Positions 23,909-35,000 of a stretch of 64,000 nucleotides of DNA are shown one piece after another (the stretch's first letter is position 1; each line of letters starts with the position of its first letter). Under the pieces are notes generated by a model. The model had not been told where the DNA came from, made no database searches, and was given only the letters and a program-made list of their open reading frames with translations. The DNA is from Basidiobolus meristosporus CBS 931.73 (taxonomy: Eukaryota; Fungi; Basidiobolomycota). The position numbers and the translations under genes are program-made. The DNA is taken from the NCBI GenBank assembly GCA_002104905.1, contig MCFE01000039.1, forward strand, positions 1-64,000. The letters run 5' to 3'.

Positions 23909-23949
23909 ATTCCGACGCCATAGCTTTAGTTACTCTTAACCTCATAATT

Positions 23950-23993
23950 ATCTGTTTACCATCTGTTGACCATCTGTTGACCATCTGTTTACC
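23950..23993. repeat. Four tandem 11-mers ATCTGTT(T/G)ACC between convergent 3' ends
   Basis: Directly visible at 23950, 23961, 23972 and 23983. Confidence 0.9.
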
Positions 23994-24091
23994 CTTCTCA
24001 CACTTGTGGATTTTGGATCTTCATGTAGATATGTATAAGGCTTGATTCAAATAAATATACTAGATACAGTTGATTTTATTAGCAAGGCCTA

Positions 24092-25339
24092 TCAGTAAAA
24101 TTCCGTTTGTGTATCCACGTGACGTTCGAGTTTTCGAAGCTCACCAACTTTGCCCATTTTCCAGAGGTAGTAGTCGAGCTGAGTTCCGGTCATGGTGCTC
24201 AGAGGGCTACCCTCGAGCGTACGTGCTTGGCGAATGATACGCTCACATGCCTCAACTGCAACCGCCCTCAAGCGGGTCGAGTTTTCCACCCCGAACTCCT
24301 CGCTTTGATCGATCTTCTGCTTTAACTCTTCCGATAGCTCGATAATGGAGTAATGAACTAGTAGGGCTGGTAATACGTTATCTGCAAACACGGTAAACTG
24401 GTCAGCATCAAAGAATTTGAATCGTTCCGGATCTTTGTTCTCGTATTTACGCCCTAGATCACTGGCCAAGAGCTGTGCCTTCTTGAACAAATACACCGGC
24501 TCCCCATCAACCTTGGCCATATCCCGAAATCCTGGTATGACCTTGACCAGGTTGCTTACCAACGCCTCTGCGGATGGGCCTTTCCAGTCCTCGGGCTTGT
24601 TGCTAGGCGGTTTTGTGACATCCAAAAGGAACTGGGGAAGCCCTGAATATCCATGAACGGTCAGGGCCTCTCCGGTCTCATTCAAAACCTTGGTGATCTT
24701 CTCAGCGAAGGCACGAAGGATGTGAGGCTCGCCAACACGTAGGCCAGGAATAGTTGGGTGGTCTTTCTCTTCGTGAAGCGGAAGTCCAAACAAGTTGGAG
24801 ACGTCACCGATGGTCAACTCCGACAGCGCTGTAGCATTTAACGGTTGTCCAGAGATGTGCATGGATAGGATTCCGAAAAGGATCGTGTCCGAAGCTCCCT
24901 AGGAACCCAATGGTAAGTGGCGGGTTTCACATCGCTGGTAATGCTTCTCACTTACCCGCTCACAACTCTTATGGAGTGGTTTACGGAATCCACAACCGAA
25001 TTCCAGCAGATCTCTGAGAGCCAATAGGTTCATTTCATCCTCCAGATTATCGAAACGTAGAGGAACTGAAAATGGATCTTGGCTGGTCAAAGAAGTGTAT
25101 TGCTCCAGATCTATGCCATTCAAGAAGCTGGAAATGGCAGCTTCGTTTATCTACGGGGGTAGGTAATTCAGTTCAGAACGAAATCAAAAGGTCCTCAAAA
25201 TCAGCTTTTGTTGTAGAGCAGTCTCAACAGAATAAAGTACCTTGAAGTTGGGTGCAGAAGCCAAGGTGCAGGCATTGCAGGAAACACGAACTGCCTCGAG
25301 AAAGTTCCCAGGTGGGAAGGTGGTTTCGGTATTCACCAT
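24092..25339 (-). CDS. QNG1: Queuosine salvage protein family (DUF2419 / Q-nucleotide N-glycosylase)
   Basis: LLEFGCGFR, LFKKAQLL, TVFADNVLP, LRAVAVEACE and LDYYLWKMGK motifs; ATG at 25339; introns restore the frame. Confidence 0.82.
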
Positions 25340-25482
25340 ATCGCACGCAACACTAATCTATGAAAATTGGGCTAGAGTGTTGGTGCTTAATAGACTAGCA
25401 TTTGCACAGTGACGTGTATGGGATTTTTGCAAGCTGTTTATTAGATGGATTTTGATTAGCATGTTGCTCAGCTAGCAAATTT

Positions 25483-26528
25483 ATGTTTGACTGTCACGCA
25501 CATATCTACCCGAGCCAGTTCCCAGGGAGAGCTATAACGGATATACTCCAAGAAGCGAAGTTGGCTGGAGTCAAGGGGATACTTAGCGTTCCTGAGAAGC
25601 TCTCCGACGTGGAGGAAATCCAAGCGCTAGCCCTCTTAAATCCAATAATAAAGCCTTGTGCCGGGCTACATCCAGTGCAAGTAGGGGCCGAAGGCAAAGT
25701 TAGATCAGTATTGGAGGAAGAGGTAGGGCCTATGGTGACGAAAATAAGGGAACTAAATGGACGGCAAAAGATTTGCGCCATAGGTGAAAGTAGGCCTCAT
25801 TTCTGAAGGAGAATGCTTTCGGACACATTGTGCTTTCAGCTCACCTTTTGTAGTTGGCCTAGATTTTTCCCCGCACGTGCTAGCAAGCGAGCTGAACCCA
25901 AGAATATCTGCAGAAGAGCTGAAGGAACAGCAACGTCGGGTGTTTTCCGCACAACTTGTAGTTGCCAAGGAGCTCAGCCTGGCGGTGAACGTGCACTCTC
26001 GCTCGGCGGGACATCACGCGATATCTCTACTTGAAGAACATAAAATAGAACTGGCTGTGTTACATGCATACGATGGAAAAGCGAGCTCTGCAAAAAGAGG
26101 AGTCGATTTAGGGTGAATAGCGTCTACTATCTGCATTGGAAACCATGCAAATTGGTGTGGTTGCACTTGAATGGGGCATGGCTTAAACCTCAATTAAACT
26201 CCAGGTATTATTTTTCCATCCCGCCCTCCATCATCCGCTCTCCACAGAAACAAAAGCTGGTCGCCGCTGTACCACTCTCGAATCTCCTGTTGGAAACCGA
26301 TTCCCCTGCATTAGGCCCTGAGAAAGGAGTGGATAATGTACCCAGTAACCTGATTATATCTGCCCAAGAGATTGCAAGAATTAAAGATATCTCTGTGGAT
26401 GAAGTGGTCCGTGTTAGCTGTATTATGGACTAGCTGTTGATGGTGCTCTCTAACGTTCTTGTATTTAGATTCGGGTCACTTCAGAGAATGCGCTCAAGCT
26501 CTTTCCATCACTCAATCGAAACGAATAG
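25483..26528 (+). CDS. TatD-family nuclease (TATDN3-like), multi-exon
   Basis: FDCHAH, AIGE|IGLDF, VHSRSAG, LHAYDG and [11 protein letters not shown] metal-binding motifs. Confidence 0.92.
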
Positions 26529-27080
26529 TTTTGCCCTTCCTCTGCTCTGGGATGGGTCTGATGAACTGTGTGCAGCGGAGTGTGTAGGCGCTGAATAGGT
26601 GACTCAAATGAAGATCAGTTTGAATCCACATGCCTCAAACGCTTGAAATAAACCGTAGTCCTCATCAATTCGCTCGTCCTAGCGACATCCCCTCATTTGA
26701 CCCAGATCTTTTGTTCCCAATGCCCCCAGATTTCCCCTCTACTGATCGCCTGGGAATGGACAGTGGGGAGGGGGGCTAGGTGAGAGGTTTAGGCCCTGAG
26801 TCCCTTCTCACAAACCCTCCCTAGCATTTGCGACTGCCAAACTCCCCTTATCCACCCCCGCCAGCCAATCGATTTGCCAGTGGCGTAACCCTCTGGAAAC
26901 TTGCCCATCAATCACCCCTCCTTGCAACCCCCTCCATTGATTCGCAACCACAAAAAGGGCTGAGAACGATCATTCAGGATTCATCACTTCTCCTCTCCTC
27001 TCCCTCGTATTTATCAGCATCGTACCATAGACGTAGACACCCGCCTTTCCTCTCCTGAAAATTATCTTTAGCCCTCTGCT

Positions 27081-28027
27081 ATGACCAGACCCAAAAAGGC
27101 CAATCCAGGGACCACTATGCTTGCCCAGCTGAGCGTGGCTGACGCCCTAATGGTACGTGTTCAGATTGATTCGGATCCCAAGCGGTTACTTGTCATACTA
27201 AACATACCGATTCAATTCCCACCCATCACAGCTCAGCGAGAGTTACGCGACACTTGCGCTAAGTATGTCGAAAATCTCGGGGATCTACAAGAAGGCGGTA
27301 GACAACGAAGGTGGCTTATTCCCAAAGAAAGCAGTCAAAGATCCCAACGCGCCCAAGAAGCCGTTCACCCCGTACATCATGTTTTGCAACGATGAAAGAG
27401 ATACGATCCGCAAGAAATTCCCCGACTACACCAGTCAACAGGTCTCGCGGGAGCTAGGGGTTGCTTGGAAAGGACTCAGCGAAGACGACAAAGCGGTAAG
27501 TGTAGAAGCGTTCGAGGCAGTATTTCTGAACACAAATGAACCTGCAAATCCCACCTCAGGTTTACTTGACAAGGCATATCCGGGAAAATGAAGTGTACCT
27601 TAAAGAGTTGGAAGAATACAAAGCCAAGCAAGGAACGGCCGCCACCCTTGATGCGGTAAACCTTGCCTCCCCTACTGACATTCCGGAGTCAGCCAAGCTA
27701 TGCTACTCGGACCCTGAGGATCCCTCCGAGTCGAGCGACGAAAGCCTGGGCTCAAGAAAGGCTTCCTCGAAGAGCAAACGTCATTCCAAACTATCCGACA
27801 GTTCGGAGAGCGAAGAAGAATACGAGATTGAGGATGACGGGGAGACGAAGGTGAGCTCTCCCAAGAAACGAGCAAAGCTCAATGGCCTACACAGCAATGG
27901 AGCCAGAGGCAAGGACTATTCCGCAGGGGAATCATCGTCAGCCAACACATCGCCCGAAAGCACCCCTCCTCCCAGCAAAGGCCGGGTCGACGCTTCCAAA
28001 AAGAAAATCAAAAAGAGAAGCAAATAG
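27081..28027 (+). CDS. Single HMG-box protein with Ser/acidic/Lys-rich C-terminal tail, 2 introns
   Basis: KDPNAPKKPFTPYIMFCNDER...ELGVAWKGLSEDDK HMG box. Confidence 0.9.
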
Positions 28028-28801
28028 GAAGCCACCTCGCTCATCCACTCTTGAGCTCGCAAACCGGTCGAGCAGGTTAGATGGGAAAGGAATGCGGTGA
28101 CGATTCCAATGCCACCAAATGGTATCTACCGATAGTGCCACCTTTGCGACTCTTCGCTAAGACGGACCATTTAGATTTTTTGTGTAATGTTCAATAAATC
28201 AATCCTGCGTTTTGCCAATAAGCATCGGATCGTAGAGATCTTAGGGAAACACATGCAAACCACCGTCCAATGATCCCAAGGATGCCCGACGGATGTGCTG
28301 AGACGCACCCAAGAACTTGGCATGAAATGATAGGCCAGCGTTTCGGCCCGATAAGGGAATTTGGGAAATGGTGACCCAAAATTGGACGAGTCAGAAATTT
28401 ACATGTTGAGCCCTGCTTGATCAAGATGAATTAACCAAGAACGTAACATTCACCAGATCGCCTGGTTGGCACGGTGGCTTCTCCTCCTATTGGCATGGCG
28501 GTCCTCTCAATATCACTGGATGGCGCAAAAAATTGCCAGGTGGTAGGCAGTAACTTGGTGGCCAAATTGGGTCGATCGTGGGATGGAATCGATATAAAGG
28601 CAGCGAACCTTAATCCACCGGCCAGCCAAATATGTCCTTGTGTGATTGACGGTAATTGCTCACCCGGCCTCGTGTTCTCTACCATTGTATCTCTTCGTTG
28701 TAGTCTTCACTACCTGTCCATAGCCTAATCCTACTGAATATACCAACACGATGTATGCGGAACATCCTACTGAATATACTTTCCAGACCAGCCCGGTCCT
28801 A

Positions 28802-30929
28802 ATGCATTCCTGTCTTCTCCCACCCACGCAACCTGAGAAGGGGTCCCATATCACATACGCCAAAACTCCCACCGGACAAGGTTGGTTGGTCCCATCACGC
28901 TCCCCCATTGACCGATGCTAACATGCTGATCCCTCACAGCATTCAAACTTCCCTATATCCCCGATGTCTTCACCACTCTATTCGACCCCGAGGTGGACAA
29001 ATCCATCGTCGAATACCTGACTCTATGTACATTCTTCGGCCAGATCTCCCTGTTTTTCATACTTGAGGATGCGGTCCGCCAGAGCTTCTTTATATATTCC
29101 TTCCTGTTCTGGCGATCGCTCCACCACCTCGGGATCGGCCTGCTGCTCCGATATCAAAGCCGGGACCACGGTCTGGTGCGATTCCTCAATGAGCGGCGTT
29201 GGTTCTCCGAAGGCTCCGCCCAGCACCCGTTTATCCTGTCCATTCTCCGGAGCAAGATGGGGGAAGACTATTCGTGCGAGGTAGGGATCCAGCAAGCACC
29301 ATCCGGGACGCAGTTCATTGACCCGTTTTCTATCCCCTCAGGAAAGTCCCATCGAATTCAACACGTGGCTCTTGTTTCGCCAGCTGGTGGATTTGGTTGT
29401 GGTCAACGATTTCTTCTCATACGTGTGCTTTGCCCTATCCTTCTTCCGGATCTCGTCGGAGTCGACCATCTTTGCGTTGGCGCTGAGGTGGGGTATAGGC
29501 GTCGGCCTCATCCTGTTTCAACTACGGATCCAGATCAACATCCACAGCTCGCCGGAGAACCACTCCGTGTGTACGTTCCCCCGCCCCCCTAAAGTCACAT
29601 TGGACCCTAACCAACCTTCGTTTCCTTTAGACTGGGGATGCTTCTTCTTCCAATCGGACAAAACCCCCTTCAGCCAGCCGAATAGCTGGGCCTCCCTATT
29701 TGACACCATCGGGTGCGTCGGCTATTATGGCATGACGCTCATCACCTCCAGCTACACCGTTCTTTGGGGCAGCCTTCTGGCTCACGTCACTCAACTCCTG
29801 TTCATCCTTTTCGTGGAGAATCCCCGTAAGTAACCCTGCCGCGCTGTCCACCCCACGCCATTTCTGACCCTTTGGTGTAGACACAGCCAGAGAGCACCGT
29901 AGGAAGTATCCGTCCCCCACAGACCCTAGCCCTCAGAGCCATCTCGGTGGGCAGACTGTGCTCGTGCTGGATCTCTTTCGATCGGCCGATATATTCGTGT
30001 TACTGATCGTGGTGTACTGTGCGATCCTGACCCCGATTGTGGCCACCCTCTCCGCGTCCGCGTTGAACTGGTTCCTGGTCGTCCACTGCCTGGCGTGGAA
30101 GCTCTTCCACAGCTGTGGCCTGGGCGCCATACTGTACTTGCAACGGAAGCGGCGCTTCTGGATCAACCACTTCGTGGCCTTTGGTGGCGGTGTTCGGGAT
30201 GCCTTTGAGAACTGGTCCAAGTAAGCAACCGATCCCAATTGAATCCCCCTCCGGTCACGTGCGCCTAACCTGAGCATCCAGCATTTACCAACTCTCCCTC
30301 AGCATGGCCTACGTGTCCGTGTTGATCGTCGCACTGAACGGCTACACAGTACCGACCGAGTGGAGCTCCTCCATCCTTCTTCAGCACCTGCTGGGCCTGG
30401 TAAGTGGATCATAACAACCGACGCAGCCCTCCGCCTCTCTAACCCGAGTCCAGTTTTTGTTGTTCATGCACCTGTGGATGGCGGCCAACGCGTTCGAGCT
30501 GATGGGCAGTTACGGCTGGTTCTACGGGGATTTCTTCTTCGACAAAAGTCCGGAGTTTGCCATTCATAGGTAGAACCCATTGCCACCCCCACCCCAACCT
30601 CCGCTTCCATCATCTAACCCTTGGCCCCTCCCCCAGACTGAATGTTGATGCCGACACCTTCAAAGGGCAAGCAGCGGCTCTTGGATTAAGCATATTGGTG
30701 AACAACTGTTGGATGTACAGCATCGTGGTGGTGTCCCTTGTCGCGAACGGGATATTCATCCTCTGGATCGAGGGGTGAGTGAACCCACTAGACCATGGAT
30801 TTTACCAACACCCAACCTGACCTCTGCTCTTCCCCAATCCCTAGGAATCCTTCGGTCCACCCGCATCCCCGCTCCCACTCCCCCTCTCCCTTCCACACCC
30901 CGTCCATCCAACCACCCCAGAACATCTAA
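28802..30929 (+). CDS. Divergent, C-terminally shortened phosphatidylethanolamine N-methyltransferase (Cho2)-like membrane protein, about 9 exons, about 545 aa
   Basis: KTPTGQAF..P...LFDP, FLFWR, EFNTWLLFRQLVDL, GYYG, VENPH, DLFRSAD and GWFYGDFFF all match the Cho2 layout. Some core motifs are altered (see findings). Start and end exons are less certain. Confidence 0.8.
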
Positions 30930-30964
30930 ACCGTCACAGAAGCAATCCATTAAAATCCCCTCGT

Positions 30965-31682
30965 TTATTCCATTTCCATATCGAATACATCGGCGTCCTT
31001 GTGTTTATCTACGTGAATAGACGAGCGAGGGTTAGTACGGGGGCGAGTGAAAGCGAGAGTGAGAGTGAGAGTGAGAGTGCGCGGGAAGGGGGTGGTGGGG
31101 GTTCCCCGCGGCTGGACTTACCCTGTTCGTCATGCTCGTCGCTGTCTTCCTCCGCGGCGTCGCTCTCCTCTTCCTGCGTCTGAAGCAACGAGGCGGGGGT
31201 GAAGGAATGTTGGAGGTGGGAGTGGGAGTGGGGGACGGAGCCGACCGAGGCTCTGGTCACCCCTGGGATGAAGGGGAGGTTGGTGGGAGGGGTTCTGGAC
31301 AGAGGGGAGTTACGCAGCTGCATGAGAGTGCTTCGATCGTAGATGATTTTGGTTCCTACAAGTAGAATGGTTCGTGAGTAACCGGTTCCCGCGCGAACAG
31401 CTTGTGGCGAAGGGGTGAGAGGTCGCTGGGTGTGGCAAGGTTCGGTTGGTTCGGGTTGGCTGCTAAGCTAGAGTCGTTCAAGTGGGGGGGCTTGGAAGGA
31501 AACTTCCGAGGGGGAAGGGGGTGGGATCCAGTAGAAAGTAACAAACCTCCTGGGGTGGTGGAGAAGATGGTGCCGTGAGGGGTGGTGCTGTAATCGGCGG
31601 GGATAGGGGCACCAGGCTCAGCTCTTCTCACCACTGGGATGGCCCGGGCGCCAGCGACGTTTGCGGGGTTGGTGGAGGTCAT
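30965..31682 (-). CDS. EIF4EBP: eIF4E-binding protein (4E-BP), 137 aa, exons 31682-31547, 31355-31122, 31008-30965
   Basis: RAIP, DYSTTP, STTPGG|[11 protein letters not shown] (YxxxxL-hydrophobic), RNSP, TPP and a terminal FDMEME TOS-like motif. Confidence 0.93.
31046..31080. repeat. (GAGAGT)n microsatellite inside 4E-BP intron 2
   Basis: gagtgaaagcgagagtgagagtgagagtgagagtg visible directly. Confidence 0.8.
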
Positions 31683-33189
31683 GTTCAAGGTGTGGAGGTG
31701 GGTTTCGAGAGGGATACAGCGAGGGCAAGCTTCTGACGACGAGACTTTTCGACCGAACGGTTTCCACGAAGTCTTCTTCCAGCAGGAGCGTAGGTGAACC
31801 AAACCGCGGAATCCAGCTTAGTATGGATCCCCTCTGGGACGGCTCCCTTTTTTTTTCCTCCGTTTTCTATCGGGATCCTCCTGATTGGATCCGACTTTCC
31901 CATCATTTCCCATCGAGCCTATGGTGCCTTTCGACCAACCGGTCGTCCACTCCGATCGCATTCGAATTAGTCTGCCACCACCACTGGGTTTCGGATCGCG
32001 TGCGCGCTCGCGCTCGCGCTCGTGTTCCAGGAATCGGTCAGGTTGCTCGGCCCCCTTTGCCATGGACATGGACTCCAATCATGCCAATTGAGATGAAATC
32101 ACCTGGATCTGACATTTGCTGGTGAGCCTGAAGTTTCTATTCATCGGATGGCTAGATGGGATTTTGTTGGTAGGATGTTGTATTTGCTAGTTTGGTCAAT
32201 TAGCGAGATACTTTATTTGAACTTGAGACCTTGCAAGCATTCATTTACACCAACTTTGTTTCTAATGGTAAATGATGTCAAATCTGTAATCACACCCAAA
32301 TATCCCACAAACTTGGTCACTTAGATCATAACCTACAAATCCTGGCATATTTGGCCCAAATTCCCCTAAGAAAAATCTCAAAGTTGGAATTCTTTGGATT
32401 TTTAGCTGGTATTCTGCTGGTATTCTGATGGTACTTTGCCAGTATTCAGCTTGTGTTTCTGCTTCAGATTTTCAATTGCAATTTTGGGTGGGAGTAATGA
32501 GCAACTGACTACCAAGCTTGGTGTGAATGCTAGTCAACCTAGTCTCCCCCTGGAGAGGATATCTGCTTGTCTGCTGTGAAGCCAGTATCCAAGATATTGA
32601 TGGATGTTGCTTTTGGGAAAGTTTGAGTTCAGCTGATATTAGAATAGTATTCTACTGGCCTTGTCTTGATTTTTTTCATAGGGCTGTTGTTAGCATTTAC
32701 TTGGAATATTTCCCCAGAATATCAGGTACCCATGTTGTGTGAAGTCTCAGAGTTCTAGAATTCACTCTAAGCATTTCACACATGGTCTTGGCAAAACAAA
32801 CATGTAGAGCATGTGAAGGAAGGTCCTAACAGAATTTATCCATGAAGTAGAATCAAAACAGTTGGGAAAGATAGCGCCATGCATTTTTACAACATGCTTC
32901 AGACCCCTACCACTAGATTTAGAGTGCCTTGGATGATGTAAGCTGAGTCCATGCCTACACCTATTCTGAACCTATACTCATCATGCAAAGCACTGACTGC
33001 AAAAAAAGTGTTCAAAAATGCATTTTTACTAGCATAACTGGTGAAGCACAGAGGCTACTTTGCATAAGGATGTGTAATGGTATTGCTTAATTTGTAGCCA
33101 AGAGTTGGATTTTTGGCCTTTCTGCACAACTGAAGCACTATTTGTTGTAAGTTCTGCAATTCCAACTAAATATCCCCTTTGCTTAGTTA

Positions 33190-33395
33190 CTTGATGCATT
33201 ACCTACCAATCCTAGAGAGATCTGACCAAGTTCCTTGTCAAGATTTAATTGAAATATTCACACCAAATGATCAGGTACTCAGGACATGTGATATCCAAAA
33301 GTTGTCCAAACAGCCCCAAGCTTTGTACTAATGCTCTTTAGAACTTTCTGTACATATTTCACATGTTTGTTTTGCCATGACTATGTAAAAGTAAC
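33190..33395 (+). mobile_element. Partial degenerate Copia family-A LTR
   Basis: Blocks matching the LTR core (tcctagaga, gaccaa.ttccttgtca, gttgtccaaacagcccca). Confidence 0.7.
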
Positions 33396-33399
33396 CCTA

Positions 33400-35000
33400 T
33401 GAAATATAACTTGGTCCCATAGGTTGATCCAATCTGGATTAGCCATCAGGATCCCATAAGGAGTCAGTCATAGTACCAGCAGCTTGGAATTATTGACCCT
33501 CCTTACAATCTTATGATGGGATTGTGATGGTGTTTTGCTAATTTTACTGCCAAATAAAGTAAGAAACTTGAAGGTGGTTAGGCAGCCTTAAGACAAGAAC
33601 TGCCTGGCATTCTAGCAGTCTTAATGTGCTCTTTATTTATTTGAGCAGACCTGGCTGGTCAATACATCCAATTGCCTAATATGACAAGAAACTAGATGGT
33701 GTGTGTGAGTTATGGAGTAAATCCCCTAGATCTCACACATTTGACAGCAATGCCATCCATTGTGCCTGGAGAAACCTGCTATCTTGCTGATGGCTGTGGT
33801 ATCTCCAATGCAGATAATAATATGTGCTTTTACATGACAGCCATTTACTGTTATCCCACTGGAAAGCATACAAAATTCATCCAGCAATGGATACAAGTAG
33901 CAATCCAGGTTGAGCAGTGATTTAGGCCCAGATACCAGTGAGACTACCATCAGATTATTGCTCTGATACTGTAAGATGGGCAGCAGATTCAGATTGATGA
34001 GAATCAGTGGCCAGCAGGATTTGCTGGTAGAGTACCTGTTTAATGAGAATCCATCAAGTGCCAAGGCAAAGGCATAGTCATACATACCTTCAAGGTAGCC
34101 CTTGCTTCTTAGCTGTTTGTAATGTTTGCCAACAGAAATATTAGATATGTTTGCTCTTGATTGATACTGAGTGCAGTGCTTTATAGCTTCACAATATTTG
34201 TTGAGCTGCATGAGCTTCTTTATGTTGTAAGAGTCTTGGAGATATTGGAAGTGATTTGGAGAACAAGTAGATTATGTGGTTTTCACTTAATGATTTATTG
34301 AATGTAAAAGTGGTATTTATACTTTTACCTGGTCTTGGCATTACAAACACATAGAATAGGTTAAGGAAGGTCCCAAGAACATGTGTGCAAAGTTTGGGGC
34401 TGTTTGGACAACCTTGAGAATTTTCATGTTCTGGGTACCTGGTATTTTGGTGAAAATATTCTAAGTAAATCCTGACAAGGAATTTGGTCAGTATTCTCTA
34501 GGATTTGAAGGTGATGATCTAAGTGACTAAGTTAGGTGAATATTTAGGTGGAAATACAAATTTTTACAACACTTTAGACTGTGTATTACCAGAATATATG
34601 GAGTGTGAACAATATTTTCCCCCAATGGTGGTGGATTCCAGACAAGCTGGACACCTTGCAATGGTGGCATTTTCTGATGTGAATGCCATGCAACTGTGAT
34701 CACATGCAGGTGTCAGGATGGTTTCTGGGTCATATGTTTCCAGCCACATGACAGTTGCCCACTTGAACCATGTACATGATAAGTTGCATCCCAGGATGAT
34801 TTTGGCAAGAAGTAGTAGTGAATCCTCAAAGTGCCCATTAGTGATATTAGTGGAAAAATGCCACTTCTGTAGCCACAACATCACATCATTCACCAGTAGA
34901 TGGACTACAGGGCTCACTTGACCCCACAAAGTACCCTTGACATTTTTTCCATGGATGTTGTCTCATTGCATATTGGGATTTTGCTGGGATTGTGCAGTGT
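33400..35000 (-). mobile_element. CACTA/EnSpm-like (Transposase_21-type) relic, copy 1, internally deleted and split by a solo LTR
   Basis: ALDGF...CWPLILINLNL...SGPK...YPLLDE...GDTTAISKIAGFS.HNG..CC.MC; homologous to 54.3-56.9 kb. Confidence 0.75.
34223..34571 (-). mobile_element. Solo Copia family-A LTR with perfect CTTTA target-site duplication
   Basis: 349 bp, TGTTG...CAACA, reverse complement of the 36463 LTR; CTTTA at 34218-34222 and 34572-34576. Confidence 0.95.

Noticed and set aside
26550-26600. Possible C/D-box snoRNA (ctgatga...ctga) downstream of TatD
   Set aside because: Boxes are short and imperfect, with no terminal stem or recognisable guide.
4360-28027. HMCES, MUS81, TatD and HMG as a DNA-repair gene cluster
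   Set aside because: They are scattered among unrelated housekeeping genes over 24 kb, which is expected by chance in a compact genome.
28191-28728. Several 77-84-aa ORFs between the HMG and Cho2-like genes
   Set aside because: No motifs, overlapping on both strands, mostly non-ATG starts; treated as intergenic.
31009-31121. C-terminal SLSLSLSL hydrophobic tail on the 4E-BP ORF
   Set aside because: Read-through into an intron containing a microsatellite; splicing gives the FDMEME end.
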